This document shows positions 1 to 9,297 of a stretch of DNA of 64,000 bases, one piece after another. The position numbers and the translations under genes are program-made. This DNA is from an uncultured Acidobacteriota bacterium (GTDB lineage: Bacteria > Acidobacteriota > Thermoanaerobaculia > Multivoradales > SZUA-115). The notes under the pieces are model-generated. The model was not told where the DNA came from. It saw nothing but the letters and a program-made list of their open reading frames with translations, and searched no databases. The stretch lies in NCBI GenBank assembly GCA_963805975.1, contig CAWDVR010000002.1:288001-352000 (forward strand), written 5' to 3'. Positions within the stretch are counted from its first letter, which is position 1; every line of letters starts with the position of its first letter.

Positions 1-605
1 TGTTCGAGGCGCCGCGGGTCTTTGACCCCCGGCGCGCTCTCCACCCCCGAGCAGACGTCCACGCCGTCGGCGCCGCTCTCCTCGAGCGCCCGCCGTGCCG
101 TGCCGGGCCGGATGCCGCCGGCCACGAAGAAAGGCCGGTCGAGAGCGAGGCCGGCGAGCGCAGCATAGCCCCAGGGCTCGCCGCTGCCTCCGTAGAGATC
201 GGGGCGCAGCACGTCGAAGAGAAAACCCCAGGCCGCGGGAAAGGCGCCGGCGTCGAAACCGCCGAGATCGCCGCGCGTGCGCACCACTTTCAGCGCCCGC
301 CCGCCGAACGCCGACACCTCCTCTGGCCTCTCGTCGCCGTGGAGCTGGAGAAGATCGAGCCCGACCGCGGCGCCGGTGGCCTCTACCTCCGCCGCCGGCC
401 GGTTGACGAACACACCCACCACCTGCACCCGGCCGCGCACCGCCTCGGCGATCGCGCGCGCCCGTTCGACGGAGACGAAGCGCGGGCTGGGCGGGTGGAA
501 GTTGAGGCCGATGAAGCCTGCGCCCAGGGCCACGGCGCGCTCCGCGTCCTCGACCCGTGTGACGCCGCAGACCTTGACCAGCGGGCGAGCCCGCGGCGCG
601 CTCAC
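1..605 (-). CDS. trpF: Phosphoribosylanthranilate isomerase (3' end off window)
   Basis: Not in the ORF track. Hand translation from GTG at 605 (GTGA overlap with trpC stop): VKVCGVT..GFIGLNFHPPSPRFV..VGVFVN..QLHGDE..YGGSG..FVAGGI..GVDVCSGVESAPGVKD. Open to the window edge. Confidence 0.93.
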   Translation of the reverse strand, partial: MSAPRARPLVKVCGVTRVEDAERAVALGAGFIGLNFHPPSPRFVSVERARAIAEAVRGRVQVVGVFVNRPAAEVEATGAAVGLDLLQLHGDERPEEVSAFGGRALKVVRTRGDLGGFDAGAFPAAWGFLFDVLRPDLYGGSGEPWGYAALAGLALDRPFFVAGGIRPGTARRALEESGADGVDVCSGVESAPGVKDPRRLE

Positions 606-1396
606 CGCGCCAGCTCCACCAGCTTGGCCGCCGGGTCGGGCGCCGTGAGCAGCGACTCGCCGATCAGGAAGGCATCGAAGCCGGCCGCCGCCAGCCGTTC
701 GAGGTCGTCGCGGCTCGCGAGGCCGCTCTCCGCCACCCGGAGCGCGCCCGCGGGGAGGAGCGGAGCCAGGCGCTCGGCGGTCGCGAGCGACACCTCGAAG
801 GTCCGCAGGTCGCGGTTGTTGACGCCCAGCAGCTCCCACTCGCGTCCCTCGAGCTTGGGGAGGTCGTCCTCGCCGGAGAGCTCGATCAAGGGCACCAGCC
901 CGAGCTGCCGCGCCATGCCGGCGTAGCCCGCGAGCTCGCAGGCGTCGTAGAGCGCGGCGATCAACAGCACGGCGTCGGCCGCGGCGCGCTTCGCCCACCA
1001 GAGCTGCAAGGGATGGACGATGAAGTCCTTGGCGATCGCCGGCAGGCCCGAGGCCTGGCGGCAGCGGGCCAGGAGGTCGTAGCTGCCGAAGAAGAAATCC
1101 GGCTCGACGACCACCGACAGCGCGGCGGCGCCGTTGGCGGCGTAGGTCCGCGCCTGCTCCTCGGGGTCGAAGCGGCCGGCGAGCGAACCGAGGCGTGGCG
1201 AGCCCATCTTGACCTCGGCGATCACCGCCCGGCCGCGGTGCGCGGAGAGCGCCGCCAGGAACGCGTTGTCGGCGGCGGTGCGCGGCTGGCCCGGGGCGAG
1301 CACGGGCAGCTCGCCGGTCTGCTCGGCGGCCTCGGCCAGCCGCAGGCGGCGCTCTCCGGTGATGCGCCGCAGGATGTCCGGTAGCTCGTTGCTCAT
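602..1396 (-). CDS. trpC: Indole-3-glycerol phosphate synthase
   Basis: VIAEVKMGSP, GAAALSVVVEPDFFFGS, KDFI, GVNNRDLRTF, VAESG, FLIGESL motifs; trp operon context. Confidence 0.95.
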   Translation of the reverse strand: MSNELPDILRRITGERRLRLAEAAEQTGELPVLAPGQPRTAADNAFLAALSAHRGRAVIAEVKMGSPRLGSLAGRFDPEEQARTYAANGAAALSVVVEPDFFFGSYDLLARCRQASGLPAIAKDFIVHPLQLWWAKRAAADAVLLIAALYDACELAGYAGMARQLGLVPLIELSGEDDLPKLEGREWELLGVNNRDLRTFEVSLATAERLAPLLPAGALRVAESGLASRDDLERLAAAGFDAFLIGESLLTAPDPAAKLVELAR

Positions 1397-1411
1397 CTCG
1401 TCGTCTCAATC

Positions 1412-1489
1412 GAGCGGCCGGCACAGGTCCGACCGCTACGGCCGGAAACTGCCCTCCGGACGTAGCGGCCGGGCTTGTATCGGCCGCTC
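1412..1489. repeat. Inverted pair of GTAG-type REP-like palindromes (REPIN-like) between trpD and trpC
   Basis: GTAGCGGCCGGGCTTGTATCGGCCG on + from 1462 and GTAGCGGTCGGACCTGTGCCGGCCG on - from 1439; the pair forms one long imperfect hairpin. Confidence 0.6.
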
Positions 1490-1505
1490 CAACCGCCCGT
1501 CTCCG

Positions 1506-2528
1506 TCACGTCGATCCGAACCTCGCCAACGCCTCCAGCTTCGCACCTGCCGCGCCCGAGCCCAGGGCCTCGCGCGCCCGCTCGAGGCCGGCAGCCAGGC
1601 TCTCCGCCACGCCGGCCACGTAGAGCGCCGCCGCGGCGTTGAGCGCCACCACGTCTGCCAGCGGGCTGCTCTCGCCGCCGAGGAGCCTGCGCATCAGCAC
1701 CGCGTTGTGCTCGGGATCGCCGCCGGAGAGCTCCTCCGGCCTGGCCAGTGCCACCCCAAAGTCCCTGGGATCGAGATCATAAACCTCGACTCTGCCTCGC
1801 CGCACCTCGGCCACCCGCGTGCGGCCGGTGGTGGTGATCTCGTCCAGCCCGTCGGAGCCATGCACCACCAGCGCGTGGTCGCTGCCGAGGTCGGCCAGCA
1901 CCCCGGCCAGGAGCTCTACCAGCTCGGGAGCGTAGACGCCCAGGAGCTGCCGGCGCGCGCCCGCCGGGTTGGTGAGCGGCCCCAACACGTTGAACAGGGT
2001 GCGCACGCCGAGCGCGCGGCGCACCGGCATGGCGTGCTTCATGGCCGGGTGCAGGCGCGACGCAAAAAGGAAGGCGATGCCGACCTCGTCGAGAGCGCGG
2101 GCCGCCAGCTCGGGCTCGACCTCGATCGGCACGCCGAGGGCGGCGAGCACGTCGGCGCTGCCCGACCGGCTCGACACCGAGCGGTTGCCGTGCTTGGCCA
2201 CGGTGGCGCCGGCCGCCGCCGCCACGAACGCCGCGGCGGTCGAGATGTTGAAGCTGCCGCGGCCGTCGCCGCCCGTGCCGCAGGTGTCGATCAGGTCCGT
2301 GCGGCGGTGCGGGATCGCCGTCACTCGGGCGCGCATGGCGGCGGCGGCGCCGGTGATCTCGTCGCGCGCCTCGCCTTTCATGCGCAGTGCGACGAGGAGC
2401 GCCGCCTGCACCGGCCCCGGCACGTCGCCGTCCATCAGCCGGCCGAAGAGCGCTTCGGTCTCCGCGCGGGTGAGGTCCTCGCGGGCCATGAGCCGGGAGA
2501 GGGCTTCGCGGTCAGAGAGCATGATCAA
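1506..2528 (-). CDS. trpD: Anthranilate phosphoribosyltransferase (start 2528 or 2522)
   Basis: DTCGTGGDG..FNIST, VAKHGNRSVSSRSGSADVL, RTLFNVLGPLTNP, HGSDGLDE. Confidence 0.96.
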   Translation of the reverse strand: MIMLSDREALSRLMAREDLTRAETEALFGRLMDGDVPGPVQAALLVALRMKGEARDEITGAAAAMRARVTAIPHRRTDLIDTCGTGGDGRGSFNISTAAAFVAAAAGATVAKHGNRSVSSRSGSADVLAALGVPIEVEPELAARALDEVGIAFLFASRLHPAMKHAMPVRRALGVRTLFNVLGPLTNPAGARRQLLGVYAPELVELLAGVLADLGSDHALVVHGSDGLDEITTTGRTRVAEVRRGRVEVYDLDPRDFGVALARPEELSGGDPEHNAVLMRRLLGGESSPLADVVALNAAAALYVAGVAESLAAGLERAREALGSGAAGAKLEALARFGST

Positions 2529-2530
2529 GA

Positions 2531-2696
2531 GCCCCTCACCCTAGCCCTCTCCCCGCGAGCGGGGAGAGGGGGCCGGAAGGAGAGCGGCCATTTCCCGCAG
2601 GAAGGGAAGAGGGACCGAAATGGCAGAAGTGGCCTCCCCGGACGGCTGGTGGCGCCCTCGCCCCGCGGCAGCGGGGAGAGGGTCGGGGTGAGGGGC
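2531..2696. repeat. Inverted pair of CCCTCACCC(N)CCCTCTCCC..GGGAGAGGG palindromic repeats between trpG and trpD
   Basis: cccctcaccctagccctctccccgcgagcggggagaggg at 2532-2570 and an inverted copy ccctcgccccgcggcagcggggagagggtcggggtgagggg at 2655-2695. Confidence 0.75.
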
Positions 2697-2709
2697 GGTG
2701 AGCCGCGGC

Positions 2710-3288
2710 TCATCCGGCTCTCTCCCCGCACAAGGCCAGGAAGTTCCCCAGCAGCCTCCTCCCTTCCCCCGTCAGCACGGACTCGGGGTGGAACTGCACG
2801 CCCCAGTAAGGCAGCTCCCGGTGGCGCATGGACATCAGCGCGCCGTCGTCGCTCCAGGCCAGGGGCTCGAGCTCCGGCGGGAGCGTGGGCTCTTTGACCT
2901 CCAGGCTGTGGTAGCGGCCGGCCGCGAACGGGTCGGGCAGGCCGGCCAGGATCCCCAGACCGCCATGGCGCACCGGCGAGGCCTTGCCGTGCATCAGGCG
3001 CTCGGCACGGCCCACCTCGGCGCCGAAGGCGAGGCCCAGCGCCTGGTGCCCGAGGCAGACGCCGAGCACCGGCACCTGCGGCCGCGCGGCGAAGAGGTCC
3101 AGGCAGACGCCCGCGTCCTCCGGCCGGCCCGGCCCGGGGGACAGCACCAGGCCCGCGGGCCCGAGGCCCAGCATCTCCTCGGCGCTCGCGGCATCGTTGC
3201 GCAGCACGGTCACCGGCGCGCCCTGCTCGGCCAGCAATTGGACGAGGTTGTAGGTGAAGGAGTCGTAGTTGTCGACCACCAGGATCAT
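2710..3288 (-). CDS. trpG: Anthranilate synthase component II (glutamine amidotransferase)
   Basis: DNYDSFTYNL, SPGPG, GVCLGHQ, RYHSL, GVQFHPES. Confidence 0.95.
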   Translation of the reverse strand: MILVVDNYDSFTYNLVQLLAEQGAPVTVLRNDAASAEEMLGLGPAGLVLSPGPGRPEDAGVCLDLFAARPQVPVLGVCLGHQALGLAFGAEVGRAERLMHGKASPVRHGGLGILAGLPDPFAAGRYHSLEVKEPTLPPELEPLAWSDDGALMSMRHRELPYWGVQFHPESVLTGEGRRLLGNFLALCGERAG

Positions 3289-4784
3289 CCGTCCTCCCTC
3301 CCCGCCGCTTCCAGCCGTTCCGCCAGGCTCACGGCGGCCAGCAGCGCCGCCGCCTTGTTCTCGGTCTCCTTCTCCTCGGCCGCGGGATCGGAGTCGGCCA
3401 CGATGCCGGCGCCGGCCGTCACCGAGGTCTCGCCGTCCTTCACCACCAGTGTGCGGATGGTGATGCAGGTGTCGAGGTCGCCGGAGAACGAGAGGTAGCC
3501 CACGGCGCCGGCGTACGGCCCGCGCGCCTCGGGCTCCAGCGTGTCGATGATCTCCACGGCCCGGATCTTCGGCGCTCCGGACACCGTGCCCGCCGGGAAA
3601 CAGGCGAGCAACGTGCCGAGCGCGCCCGCGGCGCCGGCAGGCCGGCCGGCGTCGAGCTCCGCCTCGACGCTCGACACCAGGTGCATCACGTGGCTGTAGC
3701 GCTCGATCTCGAGGAACGAGGGCACCGTAACCGAGCCCGGCCGCGCCACCCGGCCGAGGTCGTTCCTCCCGAGGTCCACCAGCATCACGTGCTCGGCGCG
3801 CTCCTTGGGGTCGGCGAGCAGGCTCTCGGCGAGCAGCCGGTCACCCTCGGCGTCGGCGCCCCGCGGCCGGGTGCCGGCGATCGGCCGGGTCTCGATCCGG
3901 CGCCCGGTCTTCCTCACCAGCATCTCGGGGGAGGCGCCCACCAGGGCCGCATCCGGCGTCTCGAGCAGCACCATGTAGGGCGACGGGTTGATCAGCCGCA
4001 CGGCGCGGTAGAGGGCCAGCGGCTCCGGCTGACGCGCCGGAGGGAGGGGCCGCGCCAGGCGGAAGCGACGCGCCAGCACCACCTGGAAGATGTCGCCGGC
4101 CGCGATGTGCTCCCGGGCCTGCTCGACCGCGGCGCGGAACTCGGCGCCGGAGAGGCTGGGCTCGACTCCCGCCGGAGGCCGGAAGGTGAGCTCCGGCAGG
4201 GCCACGCCACCGCCCTGCCCGGCCGCGGTCAGCGCCTTCTCGAGGCGCGCCAGCTCGCGCTCGGCATCGGCGCCCGTGGACTCCCCTTCCACTTCGTTGG
4301 CGATCGCCAGTACCCGCTGGTGGGCGTGATCGAAGACCACCACGGTGTCGAAGCGGCCGAGGAGCGCCACCGGCAGGCCGAACGGATCGGGCGGCCGGCC
4401 CGGCAGCCGCTCGATCAGGCGGATCAAATCGAAGCCGAAGAAGCCCACCCAGCCGCCGGTGAAAGGGATTGGCCCGGCGTCCGCGGCCACGCCCGCGACG
4501 ACCTGTTCCAGCGCCGCGAGCGGCGCGCCCGGCAACCGCTCGACCTTGCCGTCGCGCTCGATCTCGAGACGATCGGCCCACAGCCGCAGCACCTCCCGCG
4601 GCCCGGCGCCGAGGATCGAGTAGCGCGACACCTGCTCGCCGCCCGACACGCTCTCGAACAGGAAGCGGAACGGCGAGATCGCCGCCAGCCGCCGGTAGAC
4701 GGCGAGCGGCGACAGCGTGTCGGCCAGGAACTCGCGTACGTGCGGTACGGCGCGGCGCGGCGCCGTGCTCTCGGTGAGTGCCAT
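3285..4784 (-). CDS. trpE: Anthranilate synthase component I (ATG at 4784; track start 4787)
   Basis: FLFES, GDIFQVVL, NPSPYM, GASPE, PIAGTRPRG, EHVMLVDLGRND, FPAGTVSGAPK, GAGIVADS. Confidence 0.96.
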   Translation of the reverse strand: MALTESTAPRRAVPHVREFLADTLSPLAVYRRLAAISPFRFLFESVSGGEQVSRYSILGAGPREVLRLWADRLEIERDGKVERLPGAPLAALEQVVAGVAADAGPIPFTGGWVGFFGFDLIRLIERLPGRPPDPFGLPVALLGRFDTVVVFDHAHQRVLAIANEVEGESTGADAERELARLEKALTAAGQGGGVALPELTFRPPAGVEPSLSGAEFRAAVEQAREHIAAGDIFQVVLARRFRLARPLPPARQPEPLALYRAVRLINPSPYMVLLETPDAALVGASPEMLVRKTGRRIETRPIAGTRPRGADAEGDRLLAESLLADPKERAEHVMLVDLGRNDLGRVARPGSVTVPSFLEIERYSHVMHLVSSVEAELDAGRPAGAAGALGTLLACFPAGTVSGAPKIRAVEIIDTLEPEARGPYAGAVGYLSFSGDLDTCITIRTLVVKDGETSVTAGAGIVADSDPAAEEKETENKAAALLAAVSLAERLEAAGREDG

Positions 4785-5452
4785 CAATCGCTCCCTCGCC
4801 TGGCCATCTCGCGCTCCCGGTGCCGGCGCACCAGCTCCTCCGCCACCGCCCGCGCCGGTACGCCGCGCGCCGCGAGCAGCGCCAGGAGGTGGAACAGCAG
4901 GTCCGCGGCCTCCGAGGTCAGACGCTCCTCGCTCTCGGGGCCTGCGGGCGCCAGCGCCGCGATCACCGTCTCGACCGCCTCCTCTCCCACCTTCTGTGCA
5001 ACGCGGGCGAGTCCGGACGACAACAGCCGTGCCGTGTAGCTCTCCGCGGGGTCCGCGCTCCCGCGCTCGGCGATCACCTTCTCGAGCCAGCCCAGCTCGA
5101 TCGCCGCCGCGTTGGGCTCGAAGCAGGAGCGCGAGCCGCGGTGGCAGGTGGGGCCGCGCGGGTGGGCACGCACCAGCAGCGCGTCCCCGTCGCAGTCCGC
5201 CAGCACCTCGGCCACCTCCAGCACGTGGCCGGAGGTCTCACCCTTCCTCCACGGGGCCTTTCGCGAGCGGCTCCAGAAGTGCGCCTCGCCGGTCGAGAGC
5301 GTCTTCGCCACCGCCTCGCGGTCGGCGTAGGCCAGCATCAGCACCGCGCCCGTGGCGGCGTCCTGCACCACCACCGGCACCAGGCCGTTCCCGTCGAAGC
5401 GGAGAGCCGCCGGGTCGATCGTCACTGGATCGATCGTCATTGGGTCGTTCAT
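4784..5452 (-). CDS. hisIE: Bifunctional phosphoribosyl-AMP cyclohydrolase / phosphoribosyl-ATP pyrophosphatase
   Basis: C-terminal part of ORF 4784..6028: FWSRSR..KGETSG..DCDGDALL..GPTCHRG..SCF, then SYTARL..KVGEEAVE..EAADLLFH. ATG at 5452 overlaps hisF stop (TGATG). Confidence 0.94.
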   Translation of the reverse strand: MNDPMTIDPVTIDPAALRFDGNGLVPVVVQDAATGAVLMLAYADREAVAKTLSTGEAHFWSRSRKAPWRKGETSGHVLEVAEVLADCDGDALLVRAHPRGPTCHRGSRSCFEPNAAAIELGWLEKVIAERGSADPAESYTARLLSSGLARVAQKVGEEAVETVIAALAPAGPESEERLTSEAADLLFHLLALLAARGVPARAVAEELVRRHREREMARRGSD

Positions 5453-6234
5453 CAGGGCGCCTCCGTGAGCCGCATCGGGAAGCCGCGGCCCGCGAGGTCG
5501 CGCTTCACCTCGGCGACCGTCCAGTCGCCCTGGTGGAAGATCGAGGCGGCGAGCACGGCCGCGGCCCCGGCCACGAGCGCCGCCGCCAGGTGCCGGACCG
5601 TGCCGGCGCCGCCCGAGGCGATCACCGGCACGTTCACCGCAGACGAAGCCGCGGCGACCAGCTCGAGGTCGTAGCCCTGGCGCGTGCCGTCGCCGTCGAT
5701 CGAGGTGAGCAGCACCTCGCCGGCGCCGAGCGCGACCGCTTCTTCGATCCAGGCCAGCACCTCGCGGCCGGCCGCGCACCGGCCGCCGTGGGTCACCACC
5801 TCCCACTGTCCCTCGCCTGAGCGCCGGGCGTCCACCGACAGCACCACGCACTGGGCGCCGAAGGTTCCGGCCAGCTCGGCGACCAGCGCCGGCCGCTCCA
5901 CGGCCGCGGTGTTGACCCCGACCTTGTCCGCGCCGGCCAGCAGGAGTGCCCGCGCGTCCGCCACCGAGCGCACGCCGCCGCCGACGGTGAGCGGCACGAA
6001 GACCCGCTCGGCCACCGCTTCCACCCACGCGAGGTCCGTGCCGCGGCGCTCGGGCGCCGCCGTGATGTCGAGGAACACGATCTCGTCCGCGCCCTCCGTG
6101 GCATAGCGGGCCGCGGCGTCCGCCGGATCGCCCTGGTCGCGCAGATCGGCGAAGCGCACGCCCTTGACCACCCGTCCCGCGGCCACGTCCAGGCAGGGGA
6201 TCACTCGGCGCGCGAGAGCGGTCGGGGCCGTCAC
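5452..6234 (-). CDS. hisF: Imidazole glycerol phosphate synthase cyclase subunit
   Basis: [64 protein letters not shown]; GTG at 6234 overlaps hisA stop. Confidence 0.95.
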   Translation of the reverse strand: MTAPTALARRVIPCLDVAAGRVVKGVRFADLRDQGDPADAAARYATEGADEIVFLDITAAPERRGTDLAWVEAVAERVFVPLTVGGGVRSVADARALLLAGADKVGVNTAAVERPALVAELAGTFGAQCVVLSVDARRSGEGQWEVVTHGGRCAAGREVLAWIEEAVALGAGEVLLTSIDGDGTRQGYDLELVAAASSAVNVPVIASGGAGTVRHLAAALVAGAAAVLAASIFHQGDWTVAEVKRDLAGRGFPMRLTEAP

Positions 6235-6983
6235 CGCCGTGGCTCCGCGGGAACGACGCCGGCGCCGCAGGCGGCGAGCGCGTCCGCGATGGTGAAGGCC
6301 CGTTCGTAGATCGCCCGCCCCACGACGGCGCCGGCGATCTCCGGGCTGGCGGCGGCGGCTTCGAGGTCGGCCAGCGAGCGCACGCCGCCGGAGAGCAGCG
6401 CGGGCAGATGGGTCGAGTCCGCCACCCGGCGCGCGAGGTCCAGATTGGGTCCCTCGAGCGTGCCGTCGCGGTCGATGTCGGTCACCAGCACCGCTGGGCA
6501 CGGCAGGCCCTTCAGCCGCCGGCAGATCTGGGACAGCGGCTCCGCCACCTCCTCCCGCCAGCCCGCGATGCGCAGCTCGCCGCCCCGGGTGTCGAGCGCG
6601 GGAACCAAGCGGCCGGGGTGCTCGCGCGCCAGCTCGGCGAAGAGCTCGGGCTGGCGCGCCACCATCGAGCCCACCACCACCCGCTCGCAGCCCAGCGCGA
6701 GCGCGGCCTCGACGGTGGCGCGGTCGCGCAGGCCGCCGCCGAGCTGCAGCGCGGCAGCACGCGCGAGCGCCGCGGTCGCGAGCGCGGCCAGCAGCTCGGT
6801 TTGCGGCTCGGCCTCGAACGCGGCGTCGAGGTCCACCACGTGCAGGCGGGTCACACCCGCGGCCAGCAGCTCTTCCAGCCAACCGAGCGGCGAGTCGCCG
6901 TACTCCGTGCGCAGGCTGTCGTCGCCGCGCAGCAGGCGCACGACCTTGCCGGCGCGCAGGTCAATGGCCGGCAGCAGGTCCAT
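6231..6983 (-). CDS. hisA: ProFAR isomerase
   Basis: [45 protein letters not shown]. Confidence 0.94.
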   Translation of the reverse strand: MDLLPAIDLRAGKVVRLLRGDDSLRTEYGDSPLGWLEELLAAGVTRLHVVDLDAAFEAEPQTELLAALATAALARAAALQLGGGLRDRATVEAALALGCERVVVGSMVARQPELFAELAREHPGRLVPALDTRGGELRIAGWREEVAEPLSQICRRLKGLPCPAVLVTDIDRDGTLEGPNLDLARRVADSTHLPALLSGGVRSLADLEAAAASPEIAGAVVGRAIYERAFTIADALAACGAGVVPAEPRR

Positions 6984-7584
6984 GCGCCATCTCCAGGAAA
7001 TTGCCCAGGATCTTCAACCCCAGGCGATCGCTCTTCTCCGGGTGAAACTGCGTGCCCAGCACCCGGCCGCGGCCGGCGACCGCCGGAAAAGCACGGCCGT
7101 GGGTGGCCGAAGCCAGCACCTCGCCCGCCGCCGTGCCCTCGGGCGCGAAGGAGTGAACGAAGTAGACGAAGGCGCCCTCCGGCACGCCGGCGAGGAGCGC
7201 GTGGTCCGCCAGGCCGTGCAGCCGGTTCCAGCCGATGTGGGGCCGCGGGACCGTGGCCGGAAGCGCGGTCACGCGGCCCGCGAGGAGCGCGAGACCGTCC
7301 GTGGAGCCGTGCTCCTCGCTGCCTTCGTAGAGGAGCTGGAAGCCGACGCAGATGCCGAGCAGCCAGGCACCGGCCGCGAGCGCCTCGCGGAGCGCCTGCT
7401 CGAGCGCGCCGCGCAGAACCTCCCGCGGCGTGCGGAAGGCGCCCACACCGGGCAGCAGCAGGCAGCGGCTGGCCGCGACGCGCGCCGGATCGCGGCTCAC
7501 CTCGGCTCGGGCCCCGGCAGCCACCAGGGCGCGCGCGAGGTTGCCCAAGTTGCCCACACCGGCGTCCACGATCAGCGCCTTCAT
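6961..7584 (-). CDS. hisH: Imidazole glycerol phosphate synthase amidotransferase subunit
   Basis: GVGN, LPGVGAF, LGICVGFQ, PHIGWN, YFVHSF, QFHPEKS. Confidence 0.95.
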   Translation of the reverse strand: MKALIVDAGVGNLGNLARALVAAGARAEVSRDPARVAASRCLLLPGVGAFRTPREVLRGALEQALREALAAGAWLLGICVGFQLLYEGSEEHGSTDGLALLAGRVTALPATVPRPHIGWNRLHGLADHALLAGVPEGAFVYFVHSFAPEGTAAGEVLASATHGRAFPAVAGRGRVLGTQFHPEKSDRLGLKILGNFLEMAHGPAAGH

Positions 7585-8219
7585 CGGTCGAGCGTCCCCT
7601 TGGTGCTGGGCACCGCCGCGGCGCCCGGCCGCGGGCTCACGGCCTGCCGCAGCGCCAGGGCCACGGCCTTGAACGCCGCCTCGGACGCGTGGTGCGGGTT
7701 GCGGCCGGCGAGCACGTCGAGGTGCAGGGTGAGCCGCCCGCGGTCGGCGAGCGCGCCGAAGAAGTCCGCCACCAGGGTGAAGGGAAACGCCGCCGTCACC
7801 CAGCTCGCGGCGATGGGGTCCGGCGCGGAGAAGGCGAAGAAGCCGCGGCCCGAGAGGTCCACCACGGCGCGCGCCAGGGCCTCGTCGAGGGGCGCATAGG
7901 CGTGGGCGAAGCGGAAGACGCCGCGCTTCTCGCCGAGCGCCTGGGCGATCGCCTCGCCGAAGGCGATGCCCACGTCCTCCACCGTGTGATGGAGATCGAC
8001 GTGCGTGTCGCCTTCGGCTTCGAGGCGCAGGGCGAGCCCGCCGTGGGTGGCGAGAGCGTCGAGCATGTGGGCGAAGAAGCCATCCGGCACGGCGATTCTG
8101 GGCTCGATGTCTTCAGGCAGCCGGCCATCGAGACCGAGCGTGAGGCGCACCCGGGTCTCGCGCGTCTCGCGCTCGACGGTGGCGACACGGGAGGAATCGG
8201 CTGAGCGCTCCATGGTCAT
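7581..8219 (-). CDS. hisB: Imidazoleglycerol-phosphate dehydratase, monofunctional (start 8219 or 8213)
   Basis: RETRET, FFAHML, GDTHVDLHHTVEDVGI, PLDEAL, DLSGR, NPHH..EAAFKA, PSTKG. Confidence 0.94.
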   Translation of the reverse strand: MTMERSADSSRVATVERETRETRVRLTLGLDGRLPEDIEPRIAVPDGFFAHMLDALATHGGLALRLEAEGDTHVDLHHTVEDVGIAFGEAIAQALGEKRGVFRFAHAYAPLDEALARAVVDLSGRGFFAFSAPDPIAASWVTAAFPFTLVADFFGALADRGRLTLHLDVLAGRNPHHASEAAFKAVALALRQAVSPRPGAAAVPSTKGTLDR

Positions 8220-9297
8220 CCCGCGATCTCGCCGAGCGCCTTGGCCGTCGCCCGTCAGCGCCGCGCCCGAGCCCACCGAGAAGCGCAGGCAGCCGGCGAG
8301 GCCCGTGCCGCCGGACACGTCGCGCACCCGGATGCCGCGCCGCGCGAAGGCCGCCGTAGACCACCGCAGCGCCGCCGCCCGGGCAGCGGGCGAGGAGGAA
8401 GTTCGCCTGCGAGGGAAAGACCGCGAAGCCGCGCGCCTGCGAGCATCGCCTGCCACTGGCCCCGGCGGGCGACGAGCAGCCGCACGCGCTTCCCGAGCCG
8501 CGCCGCCGCGGCCAGGCACTCCTCGCCGGCCACCAGCGCCGCGTGGCCCACGTTGTAGGGCAGCTTCACCTTGATCAGCTCGGCCACCAGCTCCGGCGCC
8601 GTCGAGGAGGTAGCCGAGCCGCAGGCCGGCGAGCGACCAGGCCTTGGAGAAGGTGCGGAAGAGAATCAGGTGCGGGTGGCGGGCGAGGAGCGGCCGGTAG
8701 TCCTCGGTCGAGAACTCGCCGTAGGCGTTGTCGAGCAGCAGCGGCGCCTCGAGCCGCGCCAGCAGCTCCTCCACCTCTCGGACCGGCACCGCCTCGCCCG
8801 TGGGGTTGTTGGGGCTGCGTCAGGAGCACCGGCCGGCGCGGGTCGCGCGCCACCTCGGCGAGAAGCTCCGCCCACGGCAGCCGCAGGTCGGCGCGCGGCC
8901 CCAGGAAGCGCGCCGCGGCGCCGGTGCGCTCGATCATCATGCGGTAGGGCTCGAAGCCGGGGCGCAGCGCCAGCACCTCGGCCCCCGGCCCGGCCACGGC
9001 CTCGAGCGCCACGCCCAGGAGCTCGTTCGAGCCGTTGCCCACCAGGATCCCCGCGGCCGGGTGGCCGTGGTGGCGCGAGAGGGCTTCCCGCAGCGCGTCG
9101 CCGTGGAAGTCCGGGTAGCGCGCGAAGTCCAGCTCCAGCAGGCGCTCGGCGATGCGCCGCTTCACGGCCCGCGGCAGGTCCCACGGCACTTCGTTCTGGT
9201 CGAGCTTGAACCGGCACGGCGCGAGGTCGAGGTGGTAGGCGCGCGCCCGCCGCACTTCCGGCCGCACCAGCTCGGCCACCGAGCGCACCGCGCTCAC
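8216..9297 (-). CDS. hisC: Histidinol-phosphate aminotransferase; broken as sequenced by five +1 insertions (probable sequencing errors)
   Basis: Motifs split over frames: KLDQNE, GNGSNE, (S)[46 protein letters not shown]. Removing 5 bases gives 1077 nt (359 codons). Confidence 0.88.

Noticed and set aside
2525-2731. 68-aa ORF with PLTPTLSP motif
   Set aside because: Translation of the palindromic repeat pair, not a gene.
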